Shown piece by piece: positions 10,884-19,916 of a stretch of DNA of 64,000 nucleotides. The stretch covers positions 13,142 to 77,141 of the forward strand of contig JBAYKU010000002.1 of assembly GCA_041664425.1 (NCBI GenBank), written 5' to 3'. The translations under genes were made by a program, and so were the position numbers. Source of the stretch: Minisyncoccota bacterium (lineage in GTDB: Bacteria; Patescibacteriota; Minisyncoccia; Phycocordibacterales; XYD1-FULL-46-19). Each line of letters starts with the position of its first letter. The first letter of the stretch is position 1. Below the pieces are notes generated by a model. That model saw only the letters and a program-made list of their open reading frames with translations. It was not told where the DNA came from and did no database searches.

Positions 10884-11249
10884 ATGATTATCAACATCAA
10901 GGCCACTGGCCTAGAACTAACACCAGCCTTGGACAGCTTTGTCCGAGAGAAGCTGGCCAACATAGGGAAAAAGTTGGGGGAGCATAACGAGTCGACTCAA
11001 GCTCAAGTCGATATTGGGATGGATAGCCATCATCATAAAGCTGGGCAGATTTTTCGTGCCGAGATGAATTTGTTTTATCGGGGAAAACAATTGAGGGTAG
11101 AAGAGGAAAACGAAGACATGTATACCGCGATTGACATCGCCAAGGATAAAATGGTTCAAGAGGTTATCAGATATGAAAAGAAACAGAACTCGCTTTTCAA
11201 AAGAGGTGGGCGAGCCATCAAAAATATTTTTCGGGGTTGGAAGAGGTAG
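10884..11249 (+). CDS. hpf: Ribosome hibernation-promoting factor / ribosomal subunit interface protein (RaiA/HPF family)
   Basis: N-terminal MIINIKATGLELTPALDSFVREKL is typical of the S30AE/HPF family. Extended -10 TGATATAAT upstream. Confidence 0.75.
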   Translation: MIINIKATGLELTPALDSFVREKLANIGKKLGEHNESTQAQVDIGMDSHHHKAGQIFRAEMNLFYRGKQLRVEEENEDMYTAIDIAKDKMVQEVIRYEKKQNSLFKRGGRAIKNIFRGWKR

Positions 11250-11263
11250 AGGCTAATTAAAGA

Positions 11264-12103
11264 CTACCTTATCCCTCGTTGGAATTCTTCCCAAGACATT
11301 TCCTTTTTGCCTTCGGGAGTAACCCTTTCAATCACAAAAAGCTCACCGTCGAGGCGGGCTTTTTTGATTGTTAAGCGAATTTTTTTCTGGTGATTATCAA
11401 TCTCAGTATAAACACCAGGCCAGGGTTGGTAGGCTCGAAAACGACGAAAGTTTAAGATTGCTGGATCATTGAGATTAATTTCCCCATATTTTTTTTCTAT
11501 TTTTTGAGTATAGGTGGCTAGGTCGTGATCTTGTTCGAGAGGGGTGATTTTTTGGGCTAACCACTCAGCTAAAACATCAGCAAAAAGATTGGCGCCTTTT
11601 TGGGCTAAAACTTTAGCCAAAATCGGCGCTGTTTCCTCACCAGTTAAATCGATTTTTTCTTGTGCAATGATAGGTCCATGATCCATTTCTTTGTCCAAAA
11701 GCATAATCGTCACTCCGGCTTCTTTGTCGCCGTTTAAAATAGCCGATTCGATAGGGGTGCTGCCACGGTATCTAGGTAAAAGTGAGGGGTGAATATTAAG
11801 TGTTCCATGGGCAGGTAAGTCGAGGATGGTCTGGGAAATAATTTTACCATAAGAGGCTACTAAAAATAGGTCATAGTTTTTAGCTTTTAGTTTTTCGGAA
11901 ACAAATTTTAGAGAGTCAGGCTGGATAAAATCAATTTTATTTTCTTGAGCCCAGATCTTTACTGGCGGTGGAGTGATGATCAATTTTCTGCCCTTGGGTT
12001 TGTCTGGAGTGGTAATAATCAGGGTGGGTAAAAGACCTCGATCTTTGAGGGTGTCGAGAACGACGACTGAAAATTCGTCAGTGCCCCAAAAAGCCCAAAT
12101 CAT
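11264..12103 (-). CDS. fmt: Methionyl-tRNA formyltransferase
   Basis: Formyltransferase N-domain with HPSLLPRYRG motif plus a C-terminal domain. Immediately downstream of def, the classic def-fmt pair. Confidence 0.85.
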   Translation of the reverse strand: MIWAFWGTDEFSVVVLDTLKDRGLLPTLIITTPDKPKGRKLIITPPPVKIWAQENKIDFIQPDSLKFVSEKLKAKNYDLFLVASYGKIISQTILDLPAHGTLNIHPSLLPRYRGSTPIESAILNGDKEAGVTIMLLDKEMDHGPIIAQEKIDLTGEETAPILAKVLAQKGANLFADVLAEWLAQKITPLEQDHDLATYTQKIEKKYGEINLNDPAILNFRRFRAYQPWPGVYTEIDNHQKKIRLTIKKARLDGELFVIERVTPEGKKEMSWEEFQRGIR

Positions 12104-12104
12104 C

Positions 12105-12605
12105 TTAGTCTACTTTGGCCAGATTTTTGGCCTTATCAATAAATAAAATTCCTTCGAGGTGATCGAGTTCATGTTGAAAAATTTGGGCCATTAGGCCGGC
12201 GCCAGCGTAGGAAAACTTTTGACCGAATTCATTATAGGCTTCAACTGTCGCTTTTTCAGCTCGCTCAATTTCGCCGAAATAACCCCGAACAGAGAGGCAA
12301 CCCTCGTCTAATTTCTTTTGGCGTTTGGAAATTTTGGTTAGTCGGGGGTTAATAAAAACCAAGTCTTTAGCCTCAGCCGGGATAACTCCTTCCTCGTCCA
12401 TAAAAATTTTTTTTGAAACCACAAAAATACGTAAAGAAACTCCAATCTGGGGAGCCGCCAAAGCCGCTCCGTCAGGGCAAACGTCTAAAGCCTCCTTCAT
12501 ATTTTTGAGCAGGGTTTGAGTTTTCTTGCTACCGATTTCTTCTAGGGGTAGATCGGTCGCTACGACGCGCAAGGTTTTATTATCTTTTTGGACAATCTTT
12601 ATCAT
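12105..12605 (-). CDS. def: Peptide deformylase
   Basis: GxGxAAxQ-like motif (GAALAAPQIG), EGCLS and HELDH motifs. Confidence 0.9.
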   Translation of the reverse strand: MIKIVQKDNKTLRVVATDLPLEEIGSKKTQTLLKNMKEALDVCPDGAALAAPQIGVSLRIFVVSKKIFMDEEGVIPAEAKDLVFINPRLTKISKRQKKLDEGCLSVRGYFGEIERAEKATVEAYNEFGQKFSYAGAGLMAQIFQHELDHLEGILFIDKAKNLAKVD

Positions 12606-12653
12606 TTGAATAGGGTGAATTATAACACAAACATAAATAAAATCAAAAGTAGT

Positions 12654-14573
12654 TTAGAAAATATTTTCTGGATCGACGTTGATAATAAAGGCTGGTGATA
12701 GTTGTCTGAGGAGAAAGATTATTTCTGATTTAGGCCAGTGGCCGGTCGGTAAGCGTAGAAGCAGATTGGTTTGAGCTTCACCGCCACGGAGATTGCTAAA
12801 ACTATCATAAATAATCGTTTGCCAAGCCGATAAATGTTCTTCTTTGAGGGTTTCTAAAGCTTCTACTAATTGTTTGTCTGTGCTTTTGACTGAAATTTTG
12901 ATTAGAGTCGAAAAGGGTGGATATTTTAACTTTTGGCGATCGCTTAATTCGCGTCGATGAAATTCCGTAGAGTTGCCCTTGAGAGCTAAATTTAAAATTT
13001 CTTCTTCTGGATTGCGAGTTTGAATAATAAAATTTTTAACGGCGAGATGTCGTAATCGCAAGAGGATATTAAAAATTTTTTCACCAATCCTAAATTCGGG
13101 AACAGAAAAATAAGAATCTATCCCCACGACTGCAATATTTTCTATTTTTTCTCTTAAGTGAAAAAGAGCCATTTCGGTACCAATCAGGATTGAACCAGGA
13201 GAGGCATAAAAATCACTAATAATAGCCTCAGTTTTTTTAGGGGTTTTTACGGTATCACTGTCTAAGCGTAAAATTTTGGTTTGAGGAAGAAGTTTTTTTA
13301 ATTCAGCTTCGATCTTGTCGGTACCTGCTCCCAACAGGGCAATCTTCCAACCTCCGCAGTGTTGGCATTTATCCTCAGGCTGACCAGTGTGGCCACATTT
13401 ATGGCAGAGAAAATAATTTTCGGCGTTTTTACCACTTTTTTCTTGGTGAAGGATAAGCGGCGTTTTACAACGCGGGCAAGAAAAAACATGTCCACAATCA
13501 CCACAGACAGTGAGAGGATTTAGCCCCCGGCGGCCAGAAAAAATAAACCAACGCTCTCCCGCTGTTTCCTCTAGCCATTTTGTTAGTTCTGGGCTGATTG
13601 CTTGACCGAAATTAGTTGGGTCTTTTTCTTTTTGATTAATTAAAATTTGTTTTTGGGCGCTAGTAAAAGAACGGTAGGTGATAGGTGAGAGGGGAGCTAG
13701 CTCATTTCGCCGACTACGCTCAATCGTTTCGCTTCGCAAAAGAATATCGCCAAAAATAAGCTTAGCTCTCTTAGCCTCGGCCAGTTGTTCAATAAAAAAA
13801 CGAGTATCAATAAAGGGTCTGGCCATTTGTTTGTAGGCAGTAGCATTTTCTCTTTCGACAATAAAGGTCTTGATGTCCGAGCGGGGCAAACAAATAAAAA
13901 GAGGGGTAGCAATAACCAAAACCGGATGCTTGTGATTGTTGGCTTTTTTCCAGTTAAGGATTTGTTCTTTGTTTGTTTCGTCACTACAGAGGGAAGCCAC
14001 ATAGTCTTCTATCCCCCTGCCTAGAATTTGTTTAAGGTGGCGAACATCAGCATTGGTCGGAGCACAGATAAAAACTGATTGTTTTTGAGCAAAAGCTTCA
14101 CGAATTATTTTTTTGTATAAAGCGATTCGGTCCTCATCGGGTTCTTGGAGAACAAATTTTTCAATCTTGGTTTGGGAAGCGTTTGAAGTTGCTGGTTTTC
14201 TGTCCTCGGTATTTTTTTGTTTATTATTTTGGTTAGCAGTCTGGCTGATAATTGCCAGAGGGGCAAAACTTTTAACGGCTTGGCCCAAGGTAGTAGAAAA
14301 AAAGTCAGCTGTTTTGGTAGCGGCCGTAATAAATTCTGGCTGAAAAAAGTTGCGACTTTTGACCGCAGTTATTTTTTTGAGGGCAAAATCGCTATGGCGA
14401 AGTTCTGTTTTTAGATCACCAGCATCCCTGGTATCAACAACTAAAGCCTCGGTCGGCTTACCTCGGACTGGCACCACCACAATCGAGCCGATTTCCAGTT
14501 CTTTGGCACTAAAATAAGTTAGGTTATCCTTAAAGATTCCCTTAGAAAGCAGAGTAGTCGTCACAATCTTCAT
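12654..14573 (-). CDS. priA: Primosomal protein N' (PriA)-like with degenerate helicase motifs
   Basis: N-terminal 3'-DNA-binding-like segment (GSIVVVPVRGKPTEALVV). Four CxxC zinc-binding pairs (CGDCGH..CPRCK..CHKCGH..CQHCGG). DEEHDxSYKQ-like region reads IVERENATAYKQ. Walker A position reads CAPTNADV instead of GVTGSGKT. Confidence 0.65.
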   Translation of the reverse strand: MKIVTTTLLSKGIFKDNLTYFSAKELEIGSIVVVPVRGKPTEALVVDTRDAGDLKTELRHSDFALKKITAVKSRNFFQPEFITAATKTADFFSTTLGQAVKSFAPLAIISQTANQNNKQKNTEDRKPATSNASQTKIEKFVLQEPDEDRIALYKKIIREAFAQKQSVFICAPTNADVRHLKQILGRGIEDYVASLCSDETNKEQILNWKKANNHKHPVLVIATPLFICLPRSDIKTFIVERENATAYKQMARPFIDTRFFIEQLAEAKRAKLIFGDILLRSETIERSRRNELAPLSPITYRSFTSAQKQILINQKEKDPTNFGQAISPELTKWLEETAGERWFIFSGRRGLNPLTVCGDCGHVFSCPRCKTPLILHQEKSGKNAENYFLCHKCGHTGQPEDKCQHCGGWKIALLGAGTDKIEAELKKLLPQTKILRLDSDTVKTPKKTEAIISDFYASPGSILIGTEMALFHLREKIENIAVVGIDSYFSVPEFRIGEKIFNILLRLRHLAVKNFIIQTRNPEEEILNLALKGNSTEFHRRELSDRQKLKYPPFSTLIKISVKSTDKQLVEALETLKEEHLSAWQTIIYDSFSNLRGGEAQTNLLLRLPTGHWPKSEIIFLLRQLSPAFIINVDPENIF

Positions 14574-14662
14574 ATTGGTTATCCTAGCTCATTTGATCAA
14601 ACTTATCCACACATAAAAAAGCCTTTAATAAAAGAGTTTTCTGATGTATTATTATAGTCAGT

Positions 14663-16180
14663 ATGGATGCCTCGATGACGGGATCAAAAAAATTGTCCTC
14701 TCGGCCTGATGATTTTCCTGTGACAAAAATATCTCTGCCGACAACTTCTTCACGTCGGAGTTTTTTGCCAATGGTAATAACAACAATAGTTCTTGTTGGC
14801 ACTTTTTTTGTTGGTCATCAAATTGGTGGTCTTTTTTGGCCAGAAGCGCCCTCTCTCGGGCAAACTCTCACTGTGGTGGGGAAAAAAAGTCTAGCTTTGA
14901 CTGAAGTCGCCAGTAAAAAAGTGTCTCAAAGCATAAAAGACACCAAAAAAACTACCGTTTCGCTAACTGACTCAGGTCAGCCGACAATCTATATGCCCGA
15001 GCCAAGCCTCAACCAAAGCTGGCGAGAGCTAGTGGCTTCGGCTTCGGTTGGTGGCAGCAAGTTTTCTTTATTTGGAAAACAACTTTGGGATACTTTGGCC
15101 AATAAAACGGCTGGTACTGTTGATTGGTTGGCTTACGGAGCGGTAAAACCACAAGAAAAAATGGTAGAAGTGGTCAATGGTGCCAAACTTTCTCTACGCG
15201 ACAATATCGGTGGTTCTTTAAATACTGTTTCTGTTCGGGTGGCATCTTCTTCTATCCAAATTAAAGAATCCGCCTTGGTGATGGGTAGTCAGGTCCAAAA
15301 TTTAGATGATTTAGATCAAAAAACCACTTCCTACCTATCAGATTTGGTCAGTGGACTAGGTAGAACCGCTTTGAACTTTGGTCAACAAACGAAAACTGGC
15401 CTGATTTTTGTTAGTTCGAAGTCCAGAGATTTGCCGGCTGAGATGATGGTTGGGGTTAATGAACTTTTTTGGCAGCCATTGGCGGAAAAAACCAACAATC
15501 TGACCGATGGGACTTTGTCGGTCGTTAATTTGACTGGGGTTGGAAGTGAAATATTATCTGAAAAAAGTTACCAATCTTTTTCCTACTTAACAACGGCAGT
15601 TTCTAATTTCGTAAATAACACTAAGGGCGGATACCAATATGTCGCTAGTTATTCTGGTCAGACCAATAGTCAGGTCGCCGCGGTCAAATTTTTAGGCTTG
15701 GCTGATTCAACTAGAGAATTCTTTGCGATGTTGTGGGATCGAACCAAAGCTGTTTGGCATTGGCTGGTAAACTTTTTCTCTAATTTATGGCAAACCGCCG
15801 CTAATAATTGGAAAACTTTTTTTGGCTTGTCTATTAAGCCGGTTGTCACCCCAACTCAGTCACAAATAGATAGCACACTGTTATCTGAGTTACAAGAAAA
15901 AATAAAAAATGATTTACGTGGTGATTTACGCCAAGAGATTGCTGATATCGTCAGGAGTACCTCAGCTAATAACCTGTCTGATAAAACCAGTGGTGGTTTG
16001 ATTGTTGTTTCTTCAACTGGCAGTAAGGAGGGTGATGATAAAATGAAGGCTGAAATTCAAAAAATGTTTTCTGATCGTGTGACGGTCAGTTTAGATGCTA
16101 ATCGTAAGGCCGGGGTGATTACTCCCGTTTTTGACCCTAGCGAAAATTATATCTTTTTGCTAGCCCCAGTTAAAAAATGA
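14663..16180 (+). CDS. Hypothetical membrane-anchored Ser/Thr/Gln-rich protein; first gene of a putative surface-protein operon
   Basis: Single TM helix at residues ~37-58; the rest is low-complexity and polar. Stop overlaps the next gene's start. Confidence 0.5.
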   Translation: MDASMTGSKKLSSRPDDFPVTKISLPTTSSRRSFLPMVITTIVLVGTFFVGHQIGGLFWPEAPSLGQTLTVVGKKSLALTEVASKKVSQSIKDTKKTTVSLTDSGQPTIYMPEPSLNQSWRELVASASVGGSKFSLFGKQLWDTLANKTAGTVDWLAYGAVKPQEKMVEVVNGAKLSLRDNIGGSLNTVSVRVASSSIQIKESALVMGSQVQNLDDLDQKTTSYLSDLVSGLGRTALNFGQQTKTGLIFVSSKSRDLPAEMMVGVNELFWQPLAEKTNNLTDGTLSVVNLTGVGSEILSEKSYQSFSYLTTAVSNFVNNTKGGYQYVASYSGQTNSQVAAVKFLGLADSTREFFAMLWDRTKAVWHWLVNFFSNLWQTAANNWKTFFGLSIKPVVTPTQSQIDSTLLSELQEKIKNDLRGDLRQEIADIVRSTSANNLSDKTSGGLIVVSSTGSKEGDDKMKAEIQKMFSDRVTVSLDANRKAGVITPVFDPSENYIFLLAPVKK

Positions 16181-17103
16181 CCATGGTTCATAAGCCATTA
16201 AATATCTTGGCAAGCACATTGGTTGGATTTTTTTTGTTTAGTGCCCTTAGTGTTTATTCAGCGGGTTTAGTTTTACCCAATAAACCGGGGACCTTTGCGG
16301 TGGCACCAGCCCGTAAAGAATTATCTCTTGCGGCGGGACAATCCCAAACCTTTTATCTCCGAGTGGCAAATAATCTCGGCCACCAAGCCAATTTTTCTGC
16401 CGATTTAAATAATTTGAGTGCTCAAACTTATGGTCGGGAAGGCTACATTATCGCTACCTCGACGGCTCGTTATGCTTTGTCGGAGGTGGTTTTCCTAAGT
16501 AAAAAAGAGTTTTTATTAAACAATGGTGAGGAAGCGGAAATACCGATTACTGTCAGCGTGCCGGCTGATTGGCCACCAAGCTCGGTGGCCGGCCTGGTCA
16601 ATCTCGGTCCAGTGTCAGTCAAAACCGGTCTAGCTAATGCCCAGATTAAAACTAGCGCTGGTATTTTATTGCTAGTTAGAGTTAGTGGGCCAGCGATTGA
16701 AAAAGGCCAGTTAGAAAAATTTGGCCTGATTGGTAGCCAGCTAGTTGGCGTGGGTCAGCCGATCAAACTGCAAGTGGCTTATAAAAATGATGGCAATGTC
16801 TACCTTAATCCCTATGGTTTTGTGACGGTCAAAAATTTTTTCGGACAAAAGATCGCTACCCAAAATTTAGATCCATGGTTTGTTTTACCCCAATCAATTC
16901 GTTTGCGGGAAGTTGGTTTGCCGGCTCGTTATTGGCCTGGTTTGTATCGTTCTGAGCTAAATCTTAATTTAGGTTTTAATAATCAGGTAATTCAAGAAAG
17001 TTTTTATTTTTTAATTATCCCAAATTATTGGCAGTGGCTAATCGTAATTTTTGCTATAATAATGTTATTAAGGGTTGGTCTAAGGAATAGACGACATGGG
17101 TAA
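16177..17103 (+). CDS. DUF916/DUF3324-like cell-surface protein with signal peptide and C-terminal TM anchor
   Basis: Signal peptide. ELSLAAGQSQTFYLRVANN matches the DUF916 pattern (x-L-x-V-x-P-G-Q-x-Q-x-h-x-h-x-V-x-N). C-terminal hydrophobic anchor WQWLIVIFAIIMLL followed by basic residues. Confidence 0.5.
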   Translation: MTMVHKPLNILASTLVGFFLFSALSVYSAGLVLPNKPGTFAVAPARKELSLAAGQSQTFYLRVANNLGHQANFSADLNNLSAQTYGREGYIIATSTARYALSEVVFLSKKEFLLNNGEEAEIPITVSVPADWPPSSVAGLVNLGPVSVKTGLANAQIKTSAGILLLVRVSGPAIEKGQLEKFGLIGSQLVGVGQPIKLQVAYKNDGNVYLNPYGFVTVKNFFGQKIATQNLDPWFVLPQSIRLREVGLPARYWPGLYRSELNLNLGFNNQVIQESFYFLIIPNYWQWLIVIFAIIMLLRVGLRNRRHG

Positions 17104-17851
17104 CATAAAGATTGAACAATTTCTTTTTACGCTACTGATTCTGGTGGTCGCTTGGCCGGTGGGGGCTTATGTGGCCGGTAGCGATAATTATCGGATACAA
17201 GCCGATAGTGTCAATTTTGGTGGGCAACTTTCTTCTTCGGCTAATTACAAAATGGAAGATACTCTGGGAGAAATCGGTACTGGTACCTCATCTGAGGCCG
17301 TGAATATTCATGCTGGTTATCAAGCTATGAATGATGATGTTTATATTAGTATTACTTCTCCGAGCGACGTGACTTTGAGTCCAGAGATAAACCCAACCGT
17401 AGGTGGCACCGCTAATGGCCAAGTTGTTTGGAACGTTGCGACCAATAATCCCGCTGGTTATTCCATGACAGTAGCAGCGGATGCTAGTCCGGCTTTGCGT
17501 TCCACTTCTGATAGTTTTGCCGATTTGGCGGTGGCGGTAGCTGGCACTCCAGATTTTACCTGGACTTCGTTAACTAACCAGGCCAACTTCGGTTATACCG
17601 TTGAAGGTTCGGATCTAAGTAGTACTTTTTTGGATAATGGTACTGCTTGTGGGGTGGGGGCTTTGGATACTTCGAATAGTTGTTGGCTAGGGTTAAAAAC
17701 TACTGCCCAAACCATTGGTACTAAAAGTTCTAGTAACCATCCAGCTGGTAGTGACACCACCATAAAATTTAGAGCCCAGACTGATGTGGGAAGAAATTTG
17801 ACTGCCGGTTCTTATCAAACAGCAATTAATGTCGTAGTTACCACTCTTTAA
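17096..17851 (+). CDS. Secreted WxL-like domain protein with degenerate WxL motifs
   Basis: Signal peptide. N-terminal YRIQADSVNFGG resembles the WxL-domain N-terminal FG block. C-terminal GSYQTAINVVVTTL resembles the C-terminal Y..a..W.L..aP block with Trp replaced. Internal TWTSL. Confidence 0.4.
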   Translation: MGNIKIEQFLFTLLILVVAWPVGAYVAGSDNYRIQADSVNFGGQLSSSANYKMEDTLGEIGTGTSSEAVNIHAGYQAMNDDVYISITSPSDVTLSPEINPTVGGTANGQVVWNVATNNPAGYSMTVAADASPALRSTSDSFADLAVAVAGTPDFTWTSLTNQANFGYTVEGSDLSSTFLDNGTACGVGALDTSNSCWLGLKTTAQTIGTKSSSNHPAGSDTTIKFRAQTDVGRNLTAGSYQTAINVVVTTL

Positions 17852-17853
17852 AT

Positions 17854-19902
17854 ATGAATAAAAGACACAAAAATTTTTTCTCTATTATTTTAACCATCGG
17901 TATTTTTGTTTTTTTCTTAGTGGCCACCCTTGCTTGGTCGGCCTCTGATTCTATTAATGTTAGTTTGCAGGTGGCTGGAGTAAGTACTACTTGTAACGAC
18001 CCGACTGCCAACAACTTTGGCGGTGCCCTACCTTGCACTTATGGTCATGGTGGGCCGACCGATGTTCCTGGTTGTACTGATGTCACGGCTCTAAATTATA
18101 ATAGTGCCGCTAATGTCAATGATGGTTCCTGTCAGTATCCGCAAGGGGTGCCAAACGTTTCCAATTTCCAATCTTATTATGATATCGGCCAAGACAAAGT
18201 TTATCTGACCTGGGTAAGGCCTGTTTTTGCCAAATTTAAAACCGTCAGAATTGTTCGTTCGACAGTGGGTGTTCCGGCTAGCCCTCAAGAGGGAGCTGTC
18301 GTTTATGAAGGTACGGGAGAGTTGGCGATTGACTCAGCGGTGGAGACCAAGATTCGTTATTATTATAGTGCTTTTGTCCAAAGTACCGACGATTTATATT
18401 CCTCTGGTGCCGTGACTAGCACTATCGGTTTACACGATGATGAAGAAGAGCCACCGGTTTCTACTACCACTCCGCCCTTCTCCACCAGTACTGATGATGA
18501 GATTATTCCCCCTGCGACTACGACACCCTATGTTGATCCCTTTGCTCTTTTGCCGATGGCGACAGCGACCGACCCAGAATTGATAAAATTAACCGTTGGA
18601 GATTTTATTTTGCGTCAAGAGGGTGAGTTAACAAAATATTTTGGTGAGGGTTCAATAGTAACAGTAAAGGGTAAAAAGGAATTAATTTTTGAAATAGAAA
18701 AAAGTGCTTTACCGGCGGTTCTAAAAACTATTGGGGTGGTAATTTCCGACCCTAAAAAACCTAGTCGCTCCTTTTCTTTTATTATGACTGATAATGGCAG
18801 TGGCCGATACTCAGCCACCTTATCGCCCTTTATGCGCAATGGTGTTTTTCCAGTGACTTTTTATATTATCAATTACAAAGATCAGACCATGAAAAAGGTC
18901 TCGGGTAATTTGCAGGTGGCCGGGGTATCTTTTTTGGCTAGTTCGTCTCTATTGAAGGAGATAAGAAAATATGGCGAACCGATGGCCATCGCCATTGGTT
19001 TGGGGGTAGGGTTAACCCAAATTGCTATTTTTAGTTCGGGGGCTAATTCGATCTATGACATCTTTTTGCTTTTATTGCGTTTATTCTACTCATTTTTGGC
19101 TTGGCTTGGGATTCGTCGTAAGAAGCCGGAGTGGGGGACGGTTTACGATTCGGTAACTAAACAACCAATCGACCCAGCCTTTGTATCTGTTTCCAATGTG
19201 GCCGGCGAGGAAGTGACTAGCGCTATTACTGATATTGACGGGCGTTTTGGTTTCCTTTTACCTAAAAATGTTTACTACATTAAAGTGGGTAAAACCAATT
19301 ATCGTTTTCCCTCTATAAATCTAAAAGATAAGACCGCCGATGAACTCTATGATAATTTGTATTTTGGTTCTCCCTTGGCCCACGACGGGAATCAAATCAT
19401 TAAGCTCAATGTTCCTTTGGACCCAATCGGTTTTGACTGGAATGAATTTGCTAAATCAAAAATTAATTTCTTCAAAATTTATACCAAAAAGGAGGCTTTA
19501 CGTCGTCGGATATTTGCCGGGGTCTTTTATTTAGGTTTTGCCATCTCAACCCTCAACTTGCTGGTTTCTCCTTCAGCATTTGATTTCTTCCTGGTATTAA
19601 TCTACAGCGCCATTTTTATCTACCAGAGAATTTTGGTTGTTAAACATAAAATTGTTTCCGTTCGTCGTTCGTCAGGAGAACCGTTACCATTTTCTTTGAT
19701 TCGCTTGTACCTGCCCGGCATTGATCAGCCTATTAAATCTACGACCACCGATGCTCTGGGCAGATTTTACGCCCTGGTCCGTCCGGGAATTTATTATTTG
19801 ACAGTAGAGGAAAAGTTGCCTGATGGTTCCTATAAAAAGATCTACCAGTCAGAAAATATTAATATGCCCAAAGGTGTCCTTGATAAGGACTTCGTAGTGT
19901 GA
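17854..19902 (+). CDS. Large polytopic membrane protein with Cys-rich N-terminal domain, Thr/Pro linker and two carboxypeptidase-regulatory-like (CarboxypepD_reg-like) beta-sandwich domains
   Basis: N-terminal TM. CarboxypepD_reg-like segments DIDGRFGFLLPKNVYYIKV and DALGRFYALVRPGIYYLTVEE. Multiple internal TM helices. Starts 3 nt after the WxL-like gene. Confidence 0.5.
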   Translation: MNKRHKNFFSIILTIGIFVFFLVATLAWSASDSINVSLQVAGVSTTCNDPTANNFGGALPCTYGHGGPTDVPGCTDVTALNYNSAANVNDGSCQYPQGVPNVSNFQSYYDIGQDKVYLTWVRPVFAKFKTVRIVRSTVGVPASPQEGAVVYEGTGELAIDSAVETKIRYYYSAFVQSTDDLYSSGAVTSTIGLHDDEEEPPVSTTTPPFSTSTDDEIIPPATTTPYVDPFALLPMATATDPELIKLTVGDFILRQEGELTKYFGEGSIVTVKGKKELIFEIEKSALPAVLKTIGVVISDPKKPSRSFSFIMTDNGSGRYSATLSPFMRNGVFPVTFYIINYKDQTMKKVSGNLQVAGVSFLASSSLLKEIRKYGEPMAIAIGLGVGLTQIAIFSSGANSIYDIFLLLLRLFYSFLAWLGIRRKKPEWGTVYDSVTKQPIDPAFVSVSNVAGEEVTSAITDIDGRFGFLLPKNVYYIKVGKTNYRFPSINLKDKTADELYDNLYFGSPLAHDGNQIIKLNVPLDPIGFDWNEFAKSKINFFKIYTKKEALRRRIFAGVFYLGFAISTLNLLVSPSAFDFFLVLIYSAIFIYQRILVVKHKIVSVRRSSGEPLPFSLIRLYLPGIDQPIKSTTTDALGRFYALVRPGIYYLTVEEKLPDGSYKKIYQSENINMPKGVLDKDFVV

Positions 19903-19916
19903 GAAAATAACACCCT

